In this document: positions 1 through 10,591 of the stretch, one piece after another
Numbering within the stretch: the stretch's first letter is position 1
How the letters are laid out: the number at the start of each line of letters is the position of its first letter
Origin: an uncultured Verrucomicrobiae bacterium
GTDB lineage: Bacteria; Verrucomicrobiota; Verrucomicrobiia; Limisphaerales; Palsa-1400
Direction of reading: 5' to 3'
NCBI GenBank assembly: GCA_963702845.1
Contig: OY969763.1
Location: forward strand, 256,001 to 320,000
DNA length: 64,000 bases
The notes under the pieces: model-generated
What the model was told of the DNA's origin: nothing
Database searches by the model: none
What the model saw: the letters and a program-made list of their open reading frames with translations, nothing else
Translations under genes and position numbers: made by a program

Positions 1-251
1 TGGCACTCCTCGATGTCGCGCGCGAGTGAACCGCAGGCGATCCAAAGCGTGGCAAAGCCCAGAATCGCAGTGATCGCGCTGAGCGTGTAGGTGAGCAGGA
101 TTTGGGTGAGGCCTTGGGCGGTGCCGTCATCTTTAATCAGTAGCGGCAGCCCGACAACGGCGGCAACGAGCAAACCAGAAAGCAACCAAAACAAACGGTA
201 GCGAAATGCAGCTTTCCAGGTCAGCGCTGAAATGGTGAGGATGCGGTTCAC
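1..251 (-). CDS. ABC transporter permease, N-terminal part (runs off the window edge)
   Basis: Not in the ORF track. Reading the minus strand from GTG at 251 gives MNRILTISALTWKAAFRYRLFWLLSGLLVAAVVGLPLLIKDDGTAQGLTQILLTYTLSAITAILGFATLWIACGSLARDIEECQ, with hydrophobic TM segments. GTGA start/stop overlap with the ATPase gene. Confidence 0.75.
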   Translation of the reverse strand, partial: MNRILTISALTWKAAFRYRLFWLLSGLLVAAVVGLPLLIKDDGTAQGLTQILLTYTLSAITAILGFATLWIACGSLARDIEEC

Positions 252-1483
252 TGCTTCTTATTGCCGAGTAAGGACGAAAGTTTTTCGTTCGCTTTGTTCA
301 GGTCGGCCGGAGCAGGTGCTGGCTCGGTTGGTTTCAAGGGAACGGCTTCCGCCGGTTTCGCCAATGACTCCAGCTTCGCTTTATTGACCGCCGGCTCAGC
401 CGGGAAAGAGGTGGGCACAACTTCGACAGGTTTCGCTTCCTGAGCGCTAAGCCGTTCGAGAATCTTTTCTTTGCCTTGAGACTTTTCAGCATCGCCGCGC
501 AAATAAGCTGCAACGCGGTTACCGGACACGGCGCCAGAGGTTTCAGACGAATTCGCCCGTGCGTTGCGGACGACATCGAGAAAATAGCTTTCGAGGTTCT
601 GGCGTGGGTTATCGACCTGGATAGCGTCAGACGCCGCGTCATGCCGGATAATTTCTAGAACACGTTGCATCGTCTGCGGCTGTAAAACCGGCGTCGTGAT
701 GCGGACGGAGTCGCGCTTGGCAAGCAATTCGTTCAACGTGCCGAGCGCTTGGATCTTGCCGCCATAATATATAACCACGCGATCGCATACGTCCTCGACA
801 TCCGACAGCAAGTGGCTGCTCAGGAGAACAGTCTTGCCACGTTTTTTCAGTGTCAGGATGAGATCTTTGACTTCGCGGCAGCCAATCGGATCCAAACCAG
901 CCGTTGGTTCATCGAGGATCACCAGATCAGGATCGTTGATGAGCGCCTGGGCCAGGCCAATACGCCTCTGCATACCTTTCGAGAACTCGCCGACGACGCG
1001 GGTGCGCACGTTGCCGAGGCCAACCATTTCCAACAGTTCTTCCGTTCGTTTCTTCCGTTGGTCTTGGGGCAGATCGAAGAGACTGCCAAAAAAACCGAGC
1101 GTTTCGTGCGAATCAAGAAACCGGTAGAGATAAGATTCTTCCGGCAAATAACCGATGCGCGATTTGGTCCCCACATGCCGGGGTGAACGCCCAAAAACCT
1201 CGATATGGCCCTTCGTCGGATACAACAGCCCGAGCAACATCTTCACGGTGGTCGACTTGCCGGAGCCGTTGGGCCCGAGAAGACCAAAAACTTCACCGCG
1301 ACGAATTTCGAAATCTACATTATCAACGGCGCGCGCCTTGGGGCGGCCCCAAAAATCTTTGAAAACTTTAGTCAAACCGCGAACGGAAACAACCGTTTCA
1401 ACCGTCGACGGCGCTGCGGCATTCTGAGTTGATGTGAGGACCGATTCCATGGCCAGCGTTGAGTTTAGCATGATGCAACTCAT
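248..1483 (-). CDS. ABC transporter ATP-binding protein with a C-terminal Pro/Ala/Glu-rich extension
   Basis: Walker A GPNGSGKST, signature FSKGMQRR, Walker B ILDEPT, H-loop SSH. True start may be a few codons downstream. Confidence 0.93.
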   Translation of the reverse strand: MSCIMLNSTLAMESVLTSTQNAAAPSTVETVVSVRGLTKVFKDFWGRPKARAVDNVDFEIRRGEVFGLLGPNGSGKSTTVKMLLGLLYPTKGHIEVFGRSPRHVGTKSRIGYLPEESYLYRFLDSHETLGFFGSLFDLPQDQRKKRTEELLEMVGLGNVRTRVVGEFSKGMQRRIGLAQALINDPDLVILDEPTAGLDPIGCREVKDLILTLKKRGKTVLLSSHLLSDVEDVCDRVVIYYGGKIQALGTLNELLAKRDSVRITTPVLQPQTMQRVLEIIRHDAASDAIQVDNPRQNLESYFLDVVRNARANSSETSGAVSGNRVAAYLRGDAEKSQGKEKILERLSAQEAKPVEVVPTSFPAEPAVNKAKLESLAKPAEAVPLKPTEPAPAPADLNKANEKLSSLLGNKKQ

Positions 1484-1639
1484 TAGAAATTAAAATAATT
1501 TTGAACACGACGGCAGTGGTCATCTCGCAGCACAGGCGAGACTTGATTTGCAAATCAGCCGTGTCTAATGCATCGCCCGATAAAAACGCGGGGCCTGCGA
1601 GGAAAACCCTTACCAGCACGCCGCTTATGTTCGTTGTGC

Positions 1640-1669
1640 TTGACCGAGGCAGTGGCTTCTCGCTACTAT
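1640..1669 (+). promoter_or_regulatory. Putative sigma70 promoter for the large surface-protein gene
   Basis: TTGACC-N18-TACTAT about 120 nt upstream of the ATG at 1788. Confidence 0.4.
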
Positions 1670-1787
1670 GCTGGTTCAGACTTACCCAACCCAAGAGCAT
1701 TCCTCTGGGAAGTTTGATATAAATCGAGCTAGTCCTGTGGGACTTATGATTCGCGACGAAAGTTAGTTACAACAAGAACGCATTCTT

Positions 1788-4700
1788 ATGAAACTACGGA
1801 TTCCAAGACCAACTATTTATGTACTAATGTCGAGCATAGTGCTTGCGCTTTGCACATTGAATGTTCACGCGGTGTTCAGCTATTGGGACCCGAATGGCAC
1901 AGTCGGCAGCGGAAACTTTAGCGGAACGTGGGAGAACAATTCGTGGAGTACCTGCTGTCGCGGGGCAAGCAACACCTCAGGCATATGTCGAAAATACAGC
2001 GGCTGGATGGGGTGTGGCAGGCGCGGCGTCACAGACGTTCACTGTGACGATGAATTCGCTACATACCGTAGCGGGTATGTTTGCTGGTGCTGGCGGCACC
2101 ACCGCGGCGTGCAACGTGACGATCAATGGGCCTGGTTCGATTTTCATTCCCGGCACATCTTTCCAAGGGTTTGCCGCCGCCTCAGGAGCAAATGTCGTCA
2201 TTGGCGTGCCGATGAGCGGCGCCGGTGGTCCGGTGTTCGAGTCGACCGGCCAATTCTGGTTGATGGCGACAAATAGTTATACATTCGGAACCTATCTGGG
2301 CTACTCGGGCGCGACTTTCGGCGGCATAGTCAACTTCAACAACACCGGGTCGTTTGGCACGGGAAATATTGTTGTCAGCAACACCGGTGTCGCTGGGATT
2401 TGCGCTATGGTTGTTCAAACCAATGTCGCCGTCAGCATCACCAATAAGTGGACATGGTCCGGCGCCAATTCCGGTGTTAACATTGTCGGCAATCCGGCGG
2501 GCGTGACCTTCAGTGGAACGGTGGCGTTCTCCGCTGTGGCAACAAACGCTAACTTGTATTCTGGTGCAACGGGCAACCTCGTTGTCATGTCTGGCATTAT
2601 CAGCGGTGGTAAAGCAGGCGGCTTTTTCAATAAAGGCAACGCGTCCACACTACGCTTGAGCGGCGCTAACACGCATATTCTCATTACCACCGTCAGCAAC
2701 GGCGTGCTCCAAGCCGGTAACGCCACTTGTATTCCGCTCAACTCCGCCACGCCTGATACAGGCAAAGGCGATCTATGGGTGTATACCCCCGGCGTTTTCG
2801 ACCTCAACGGTTTCAGTCCAACAATCTCTGGGCTGACCGGAACCGGCACAATCGATAACAAATCCGCAACAGCCGGTACTCTTAAACGTCGGCACGAACA
2901 ACACCGCAAGCACATTTAATGGCACCATCCAAAGCAGCGTCGGCGTCTTGAACTTAACCAAAATTGGAAGCGGAACATTCACTTTGGCCGGCACCAGCAC
3001 CTACTCGGGCAATACCACAGTCAATAACGGCACGCTCGTCGCATCGACCGGCAACAGCGTCATCCCTCTGACGTCACCTGTTACGCTTGGTGCGGGCGGC
3101 AACTTGGACGTTGCCGGCAACTCCATGACTCTGACGAACCTATCGGGTCGCGGCAGCATCATCAACAACAGCGGGACCTTGACCATTAATAATAATTTAA
3201 CGGTTAGCAACTCGACCGTGACTTACAGCGGTTTCAGCGGCGGTATCGACAACGGCGGTCTTGTGAAGACCGGAAATGGTTCGTTGGCCTTGCGCGGAAC
3301 AAACAATCTTCCGAACGGCATTCAAGTTAACGCCGGCATTCTTTCGGTTGGAGCGGGACCTGACCGTATCGCCTCGGCGGGCGGCGCAGTCCTCACGATT
3401 GCCAATGGCGCGACGTTCCAGCTTGATGCTGCTTCTCAAACTGTGGGTCAAATTTCCGGCAGTGGCGCAATTAATCTCGGCGGCGGCACATTGAATGTGA
3501 ATACCCCACTCGGCAACATGTATAGCGGCGTGGTTCGCGACTCGGATATTGGTGCCAATCCGACGACGGCTCAAGGCCATGGTTTACGCGGCTATTATTA
3601 TGACAACCAGGACTTCACCGCGCTTCTCGCGGTCCGTGATGACGCTGCGATTAATTTTCCGGATTTCAGCTCGCCGACATACTTGCCGCCACAAATCTAT
3701 CCGAATACAAATCAGTTCTCGATACGTTGGCTTGGCCAGGTTTTGACGCCGGTCACAGGAACCTACACGTTCACTGTCCAGTCTGACGACGGTTCACGCC
3801 TGTGGATCAACGGCTCACTGGTAGTCGATAGTTGGATCACGCAAAGCTCCGCCGCACGCAGTGGAACGATTGTGCTGAACGCGAATACGCGCTATGACAT
3901 CGTGTTGGAATACTTCAATCAAACAGGAACGGGTACAGCCGTTCCCACTTGCCAGTTGCGCTGGACTCCACCGGGCGACACGGTCTCAACCCTCATTCCG
4001 ACGGATTATTTGTTCCTGCCTACAGCCGGCAGCGTTGTTAAGGACGGCTTCGGTTCACTGCAATTGACCGGCACAAACAACGTCTACACCGGATCAACAG
4101 TTGTTAAAGCAGGCACCTTGGAGATTTCGGCTGATCATGGTCTCGGCTTCGGCAATGTCTATGTGCAAGACGGCGCTTCGCTGACGCTCGATAGCGGCTC
4201 GGCAAATAACTACATCGCCGATTCGGCTGATCTGGTTCTGACTGCTTCTGCAAGTGCGACACTGAACTTCACGGGCACCGACACCGTTCGCGCGCTGTCA
4301 TTGGACGGTGGTGCAACCTACAAAGTTGCTGGCACCTACGGTTCGCCCAGTTCGACTGCGCAACATAAAGACAGCCATTTCAGCGGCTCGGGTCTGATTC
4401 TCGTGGCGGGATTGCCCTCAACGACGACCCTTGGTTCGTCGACTGGCACAACTGTTTATGGCGCCGCGGTGACGTTAACCGCGGTTGCTCACGGAACAGG
4501 TGCGACGCCGACTGGCACGATCACTTTCTTCGACGGTGCGAACGCGATTGGCACTGTTGCCGTTGATGGCACGGGCACAGCGGCGTTGAGCGTTACCGAC
4601 CTGCTGGTGGCGACTTCGCCACACAGCGTAACGGCCATTTACAATGGCGACGCGACTTACAGCTCGAGCACCTCGGCTGCGGTGACGCAAACCGTCACGG

Positions 4701-5722
4701 CGATCACTCTCACCGGCGTGATCGGAAGTACGAAGGTTTATGACCAGACCACGACGGCTCCGTTGAATCTGACGAACCTAATCGGGGTGTTGGCGGTCGA
4801 TACAAATTTGGTTCAACTCGCGACAAGCTATGTCGCAAGCTTCCAGGACAAGAATGTCGGCAACGGCAAACCGATAACCGCCAGCAGCATCACGCTGACC
4901 GGCGGCGCTGCGGGCAATTACACGATCGCATCCACCGCCTCGGTTTTTGGAAACATTACGCCGAAGTTGTTAACGGTCACGAATGCTACGGCCAGCAACA
5001 AGGTTTATGATGGCACCGTGACGGCAACTATCAGTATGGCCGGTACCGGCATTACGAGTGTCGCCACCGTTATCTTTGCTGGGGACGACGTCTCGACCAA
5101 TACCACCGTTAGTCCAGCCACTGGGGTGTTTGCAGACCCAAACGTCGGTACCGCTAAGACAGTCACCGTAACGGTACCACTCAGCGGCACCGATGCAGGC
5201 AACTATCTCGCCACCGCAGTGCCAAAAGCCAACATCACGATCGCGACCAGTGCGTTGGCTCTAACCTCCTCGGCAAATCCGGCGAATGCGGGTGACAACG
5301 TGAGCTTCACCGCGACGGCCTCGCCGCTGACGGGTGCCGGCACACCAACCGGCAACGTTGTATTCCTGACCAACGGTGTGGTGTTCTCAACGGTTCCGTT
5401 GAGCGGCGGTTCAGCGAATTCCGGCGGCACCACAACTTTGACCGGCACGAACACGATTACCGCTCAATATGCTAGTAGCACCAACTTCGTCGGCAGCACC
5501 AACACGTTGCAACAAGTCATCAACCAGTCGTTAGCGCAGCCGACGATGACGATCGGCCAGTCAGGTAATTCGATTACGATTACATGGGCCGGCACGTTCA
5601 ACCTCCAATCGGTCGGCGCGCTGCAATCGTCCGGCACCGGCTGGCTGACGATTCCGGGCGCGACCAGTGGGTATACAACGCCGATCACGAACGCGGCGAC
5701 GTTCTATCGTCTCAGCAATTAA
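1788..5722 (+). CDS. Large secreted/surface protein (~1300 aa): autotransporter-associated beta-strand repeats, PA14 domain, Ig-like (Big_3) domains and YDG repeats; split by two +1 indels
   Basis: Signal peptide at 1788. ORFs 1788/1861/2948 join if one base is removed near 1951 (acct) and near 2885 (aaa). Repeats LTKIGSGTFTLAGTSTYSGNTTVNNGTL; PA14 motifs GLRGYYY, FSIRWLG, SDDGSRLWING; KVYDGT/KVYDQT YDG repeats; C-terminal FYRL. Confidence 0.85.
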
Positions 5723-5738
5723 GGTTTAGTTTCTCACG

Positions 5739-5774
5739 AGCCCTCTCTTCCCGTGGAGAGAGGGCTTTTTGTTT
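5739..5774 (+). terminator. Rho-independent terminator
   Basis: AGCCCTCTCT-N8-AGAGAGGGCT followed by TTTTGTTT, just after the stop at 5722. Confidence 0.85.
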
Positions 5775-5835
5775 GCTTTGAAGGGCTCGCACGGGCAACG
5801 ATTCGCGCATTAAAACCACCAATTATTTTCTGCTC

Positions 5836-7575
5836 GTGATGTCGTGCGCGTTGCTTGCAGGTCCTGCTCATGCATTCGACGGTGCGCCGTGGCACGTTTC
5901 CACCGGCAATTTGTCAGTTGGCTACATTCAAGCTTCGCCAATCGGAGCATTTCCTCGCACGAACGTCTACGAAGCTCCGCCGTCCGTCGAATCGCAAAAG
6001 CGCCTGAAGGACATGGGCTTGGTCGCCAATGAAGATTACGTCGCATGGGGTGCGGTGGAGCGCGAGCCGGGCGTATGGAATTGGAAACAACACGACGACA
6101 TGGAGCATGCCTTGCACGCGGCTGGACTGCGTTACGTCGTGTATGACTGGGCGCATTTCCCGCCAACATGGCTGCGCACGAATGGCAACCGCACGCTCAT
6201 GCGCTGTCTGGAGCACGGGCAGGAGTGCAACTACTTGTCGATCTTCGATCCGCAAACAATCGTACGGTACGATCACTTCTACAAAAACCTCTCGGCACAT
6301 TTCACCAATCGTATCGACGATGTTTACGCGTGCATTCTTGGGCCATACGGCGAAGGAAATTATCCGTTGATGGTCCTCGATTGGGTCAATATGGGCCACT
6401 GCCACGAGGGCTATTGGTGCGGAGACAAACATGCGCAAGTTGCCTTTCAAACAGCGATGCGTAAGAAATATTCGCGTATCGCCAAGCTGAATCGCGCGTG
6501 GGGCACGAAGTTCAAATCGTTCGAGGAAGTCTCGATGCCGTCTGAACTCATCAATGAAAAATTCAAGCCCTCGCTGGCAGCTTTTCCAACGGTCCAAGAC
6601 AAACGTCGTTGGTTGGATTTCATCAGCTGGTATCACCAGGCGATTATCGATTTCACTGAGCACTCGATCAAAACCGTCCTGAAATATTTTCCCCCGAACA
6701 AAGTGCGCATCAAACCCGGCGGCAATGCTCGCGGTGTGAACCCTATTGCGTGGGGCACCTATTGTCCCGGCTACGCTAAAATGGCGAAGCCTTACCACAT
6801 CGTTTTGCAACCGGCCGATTGTGGCGGTGCGGTCTTTGGCGATAAATGGATGGGCACAGCTTATCAATTTTACGGCGTGACGGAATGCACTGAACCGGCC
6901 GGAGGTCTCGACGACAACAATTTCGTGCGCCGAATGTTTTCCGATGCCTCCTCTGGCGCACGACAATTGTTCACGTATGAATTTGAAAGTCATCATGCCT
7001 CCATGCAGAAATACGTTCATCTGTTCACCGGCAAGCCCGGCGATACCGAAGTCGCCGTTTATTGCCCAACGACACTTTATCGTTTCGGCGAAACACTCGA
7101 TCCGACCGTTCAGTCCGGCTATCCGTTGCGTGACCTTTGCGAATTCGACGTGCTCGACGAAGTGCTGATCGATGACGGGGCGCTCAACGCACATCGCTAC
7201 AAAGCGCTGCTTATTTTCCAAACTGATATCGTCGAGCAAAACATTCTCGACGCACTCGACAAGTTTTTACGCAAAGGCGGAAAGATCTTCATCGTAGGCA
7301 GCGGTGAAATTAAGAACGTCGAAGGCAGACAGTGGTCGCCCACACGCGGCACAGTGATACACACGGTAGCGCTGAATAAGGATCGTGCCTGGCTGGCGCA
7401 ACTGAGCGCGCATCTCTCTGGATTAAAAGGTGTCGATGGCAAACTGGATGGCCTTTGGACCTGCCGTCGCGGCAAGGAACTCTTCGTCTATAATTCTGGC
7501 AACAAGCCGACGCAAATGGAACTGAACGGCGAGACGGCAACGATTGAGCCGCACACAATTTGGGAGAAGCGCTAG
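5836..7575 (+). CDS. Secreted glycoside hydrolase, GH42/GH14-like beta-galactosidase-type TIM barrel with trimerisation-like domain
   Basis: WGAVEREPGVWNW, FPPTWL, GPYGEGNYP, KYSRIAKLNRAWGTKFKSFEEV motifs; signal-like N-terminus. Confidence 0.75.
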   Translation: MMSCALLAGPAHAFDGAPWHVSTGNLSVGYIQASPIGAFPRTNVYEAPPSVESQKRLKDMGLVANEDYVAWGAVEREPGVWNWKQHDDMEHALHAAGLRYVVYDWAHFPPTWLRTNGNRTLMRCLEHGQECNYLSIFDPQTIVRYDHFYKNLSAHFTNRIDDVYACILGPYGEGNYPLMVLDWVNMGHCHEGYWCGDKHAQVAFQTAMRKKYSRIAKLNRAWGTKFKSFEEVSMPSELINEKFKPSLAAFPTVQDKRRWLDFISWYHQAIIDFTEHSIKTVLKYFPPNKVRIKPGGNARGVNPIAWGTYCPGYAKMAKPYHIVLQPADCGGAVFGDKWMGTAYQFYGVTECTEPAGGLDDNNFVRRMFSDASSGARQLFTYEFESHHASMQKYVHLFTGKPGDTEVAVYCPTTLYRFGETLDPTVQSGYPLRDLCEFDVLDEVLIDDGALNAHRYKALLIFQTDIVEQNILDALDKFLRKGGKIFIVGSGEIKNVEGRQWSPTRGTVIHTVALNKDRAWLAQLSAHLSGLKGVDGKLDGLWTCRRGKELFVYNSGNKPTQMELNGETATIEPHTIWEKR

Positions 7576-7580
7576 CTCTT

Positions 7581-7600
7581 CCTCTCCTCTGGAGGAGAGA
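7581..7600. repeat. Short palindrome between convergent genes (REP-like or terminator)
   Basis: CTCTCCTC-TG-GAGGAGAG. Confidence 0.4.
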
Positions 7601-7638
7601 GTCCGCGAGAGGAGGTTATCTGCTCGTTTTAGACCGTT

Positions 7639-8181
7639 TCATCGCGGGAATTCCTTGCGATAAGAATCCCGACGATGCATCACCGCGTTCACATAATCCT
7701 GTGTCGTTGGAAAACCAATTTGACTGACGAACGCGGTGCTATTCGTCGACGCAGAACCGCCGAGCCATTTCAAAACATTCCCACGTCCCGCATTGTAGTC
7801 CGCCAGCGCGTAAGCGACCGGATTGTCCGTCTGTCGGTAACGCCGCAGCACGTGCTGCAAATACCACGTTCCGACGAGAATGTTCGTCGCGGGGTTGAGG
7901 CATGCTGCGTGATGGAATTGTTGCACCTGTTCGGCTGAAGCCCATTCCTGTGCTGCCGTCGAGCGAACCTGCATCAGCCCAAGCTCTCCCGCGCTGCCAC
8001 GAGCGTTCGGATGAAAGCGGCTCTCGCGCCAGCAGATCGCTTTGATAAGTGCGGCATCGATTTTGTATTTCTGCGAGGCCGCGACGATGAATCGATCGTA
8101 GCGATGCTCGCGCCAATAACCCCACCACCAGTAGCCGATAACTCCTGCGCACAAAAGCAGCACAAGAATTTTTCGCCTCAT
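7639..8181 (-). CDS. Lytic transglycosylase (SLT domain), membrane-anchored
   Basis: ES catalytic motif (WRESRF), GLMQV, DYNAG, TQDYV; N-terminal TM helix. Confidence 0.92.
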   Translation of the reverse strand: MRRKILVLLLCAGVIGYWWWGYWREHRYDRFIVAASQKYKIDAALIKAICWRESRFHPNARGSAGELGLMQVRSTAAQEWASAEQVQQFHHAACLNPATNILVGTWYLQHVLRRYRQTDNPVAYALADYNAGRGNVLKWLGGSASTNSTAFVSQIGFPTTQDYVNAVMHRRDSYRKEFPR

Positions 8182-8227
8182 CGGCGTTAATGATTAGCGA
8201 TAACCGCGAAACTGCTGAAGCAAAATA

Positions 8228-8620
8228 TTATTTAAACCCCTCAGCCAGCCGCTCCACGAAATGCAGCAGATTGCCTTCTGCATCCTGGAAATAAAGCACG
8301 CGCCCGCCGCCGCCCGCGGGTTTAATTGTTTCCGTAAATTTAACACCTTTCTTTTCCAGCGCAGCGCGTGCGGCTTCGATATTTTTTACCGTTAACGCGA
8401 GATGACGAAACCCGACGATTGCGTTATTTGCCGCATCATTCTCAAACGAAGCGGCGGTACCTATCTCAAGCATCACGCCGCCTGGTAGGCGCACCAGGTA
8501 TGACGGTGGTTTCGAATTACTCGCGAACGCAACGGTCGCGCCGAGTGTATTCACGTACCACTTCTGCAACGCCTCGGTATCACGCGCAAGCAGACCAACA
8601 TGTTCCAATGACAATTCCAT
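8228..8620 (-). CDS. VOC/glyoxalase family protein
   Basis: LEHVGL, GFRHLALTV, YFQDAEGNLLHFVE. Confidence 0.9.
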   Translation of the reverse strand: MELSLEHVGLLARDTEALQKWYVNTLGATVAFASNSKPPSYLVRLPGGVMLEIGTAASFENDAANNAIVGFRHLALTVKNIEAARAALEKKGVKFTETIKPAGGGGRVLYFQDAEGNLLHFVERLAEGFK

Positions 8621-8699
8621 TTAGGTTCCAGAGTGTGATTTGAAATGGCCCGCTCGCAAGCCGATTTCATAGCTGCTGCCGACCCAGCCACTTGCTACA

Positions 8700-10532
8700 A
8701 TGGCGCGAATGTCCTCAACGGCAACGCGACTCAAAATCTGGATTATTCCACTCGCTCTGGTCGCGTTGACGGTTGTCGTTTATCTGCCGGTGCTTTGGTC
8801 CGATTTCGTGGAAATTGACGACTGGTCCTACGTTTATAAGAACATCCACATCAATACCGGGCTGCAACTGAGCAACGTGCTCTGGGGTTGGACGCACATT
8901 CTCGGCGGCAACTGGCATCCGCTCACGGCCATGTCGCATATGCTCGACTGCCAACTGTTCGGGGTGAATCCCCGCTGGCATCATGCCGAAAATGTTCTGA
9001 TCCACTGCGCAAACGTCGTGCTGTTGTTCTTTCTGGTGCGCCGTTTCGAAAAAGGGTTCGACGCAACAATCCCTGCTTGGATCATCGCCGCCATTTTCGC
9101 CGTGCACCCGTTGCACGTGGAGTCGGTCGCCTGGATTTCCGAACGCAAGGACGTGCTGAGCGCATTTTTCTTTCTGCTGTCGCTGCACGCGTATTTCACG
9201 TTCGCCACCGGGAACAAAAAGCGCGCTTATTATTTTTGTCTCGTTTGGTTCGCATTTGGACTGTTGTCCAAACCGATGCTCGTGACGTTGCCGTGCGTGT
9301 TATTGCTGCTGGATTTTTGGCCGTTACGGCGCAGCAATTGGAAGGCACTCGCGATTGAAAAGTGGCCGTTTTTCGCGCTGTCGCTGGCCGACTCTATTAT
9401 CACTCTGTTCACCCAAAGCAAAGCAGGAGCAATGATGGACCAGGTGCCAATACCGTCGAAACCAGGTTTTATTCTCGAAGGGTATTGGTTCTACTTCGAG
9501 AAAATGTTCGTGCCGACGAACCTTGCCATGTTCTATCCGCCGGACACGCGGCCAACTACCGCACTGCTGGTGATGCTGCTTTGTGGATTAATTGGTTTGA
9601 CCGTGCTCGCCGTATTGCTGAGGCGCCGCGCGCCGGCGGTGTTCATGGGCTGGCTGTGGTTCCTGGGAATGCTCGTACCGGTGGTTGGATTCGTCCATAG
9701 CGGAAGCCAGGCTTACGCCGACCGATATTCTTACCTCCCATCGATTGGACTTTCGCTCGCGTTAGTCTGGCCGATCATGCATTTGGTTACGCGCCGATGG
9801 CCGCCATTTGTAATTGTTGCGGCGACAACAGCCGCGCTTGTCGGCGTCATCAGCGTCACTCAAGCGCTGGTGCTTTTCTGGCAAAATACTGAGGTGTTGT
9901 ATAGTCGCGCGGTCGCTGCCGTTCCGAATAACCGCGAGGCACTCGTGCACTTTGGCGGCCATTACGAAGAAATCGGTCTGTTGGACAAAGCGATTCCGTA
10001 TTACGTCAAAGCGCTTACCATCCAAGAGGAAGGATTTTCACTGTTTCACCTCGGTAGAATTCGCCTGCGTAAACACAACCTCGACGGCGCGCAAAAATGT
10101 TTTGAAAGGGCTCTTCTTTACGCGCCTGACCGACCGGAAGTGAATCGTGCGCTTGGCCGTTTGTGCGACGAACGAAACGAATCTCAAAAAGCCCTTGAGT
10201 ACTTTCATCGGGCTGCTGTCGCGGGGCCCGATTACATCGATGCACTGCGCGATTTCGCCTGGATGGTCGCCGGTGACAAAACTATTTCTGCGACCAACGC
10301 GCCGCAAGCGATCGAATTCGCCAAACACGCCGTCGCTCTGGAACCGGAGAACGCGGTGAACCTCGCTATTCTAGCCGGTGCGCAAGCGCGGGCCGGCCGC
10401 TTTTCGGATGCGGTGCAAACCGAGCAGCGCGCAATAGCTGTCGCGCAAGCCACCGACAACCGCTCCATCGTCGAACGTTGCAGAAAACAGTTGGCGCTTT
10501 TTCAGAACGGCAAATCGGCTGTGGAAGAGTGA
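8700..10532 (+). CDS. TMTC-like multi-TM GT-C protein with C-terminal TPR repeats (putative protein O-mannosyltransferase-like)
   Basis: DD motif after TM1, NWHPLT, FAVHPLHVESVAWISERKDVL, LLSKPMLVTLP, YADRYSYLPSIG, then TPR-like helices. Confidence 0.85.
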   Translation: MARMSSTATRLKIWIIPLALVALTVVVYLPVLWSDFVEIDDWSYVYKNIHINTGLQLSNVLWGWTHILGGNWHPLTAMSHMLDCQLFGVNPRWHHAENVLIHCANVVLLFFLVRRFEKGFDATIPAWIIAAIFAVHPLHVESVAWISERKDVLSAFFFLLSLHAYFTFATGNKKRAYYFCLVWFAFGLLSKPMLVTLPCVLLLLDFWPLRRSNWKALAIEKWPFFALSLADSIITLFTQSKAGAMMDQVPIPSKPGFILEGYWFYFEKMFVPTNLAMFYPPDTRPTTALLVMLLCGLIGLTVLAVLLRRRAPAVFMGWLWFLGMLVPVVGFVHSGSQAYADRYSYLPSIGLSLALVWPIMHLVTRRWPPFVIVAATTAALVGVISVTQALVLFWQNTEVLYSRAVAAVPNNREALVHFGGHYEEIGLLDKAIPYYVKALTIQEEGFSLFHLGRIRLRKHNLDGAQKCFERALLYAPDRPEVNRALGRLCDERNESQKALEYFHRAAVAGPDYIDALRDFAWMVAGDKTISATNAPQAIEFAKHAVALEPENAVNLAILAGAQARAGRFSDAVQTEQRAIAVAQATDNRSIVERCRKQLALFQNGKSAVEE

Positions 10533-10591
10533 TCCGCAACGCGGTTGTGTTCACAGTTTACTGAACACTGATTACTGTTTAATCATCTCAT

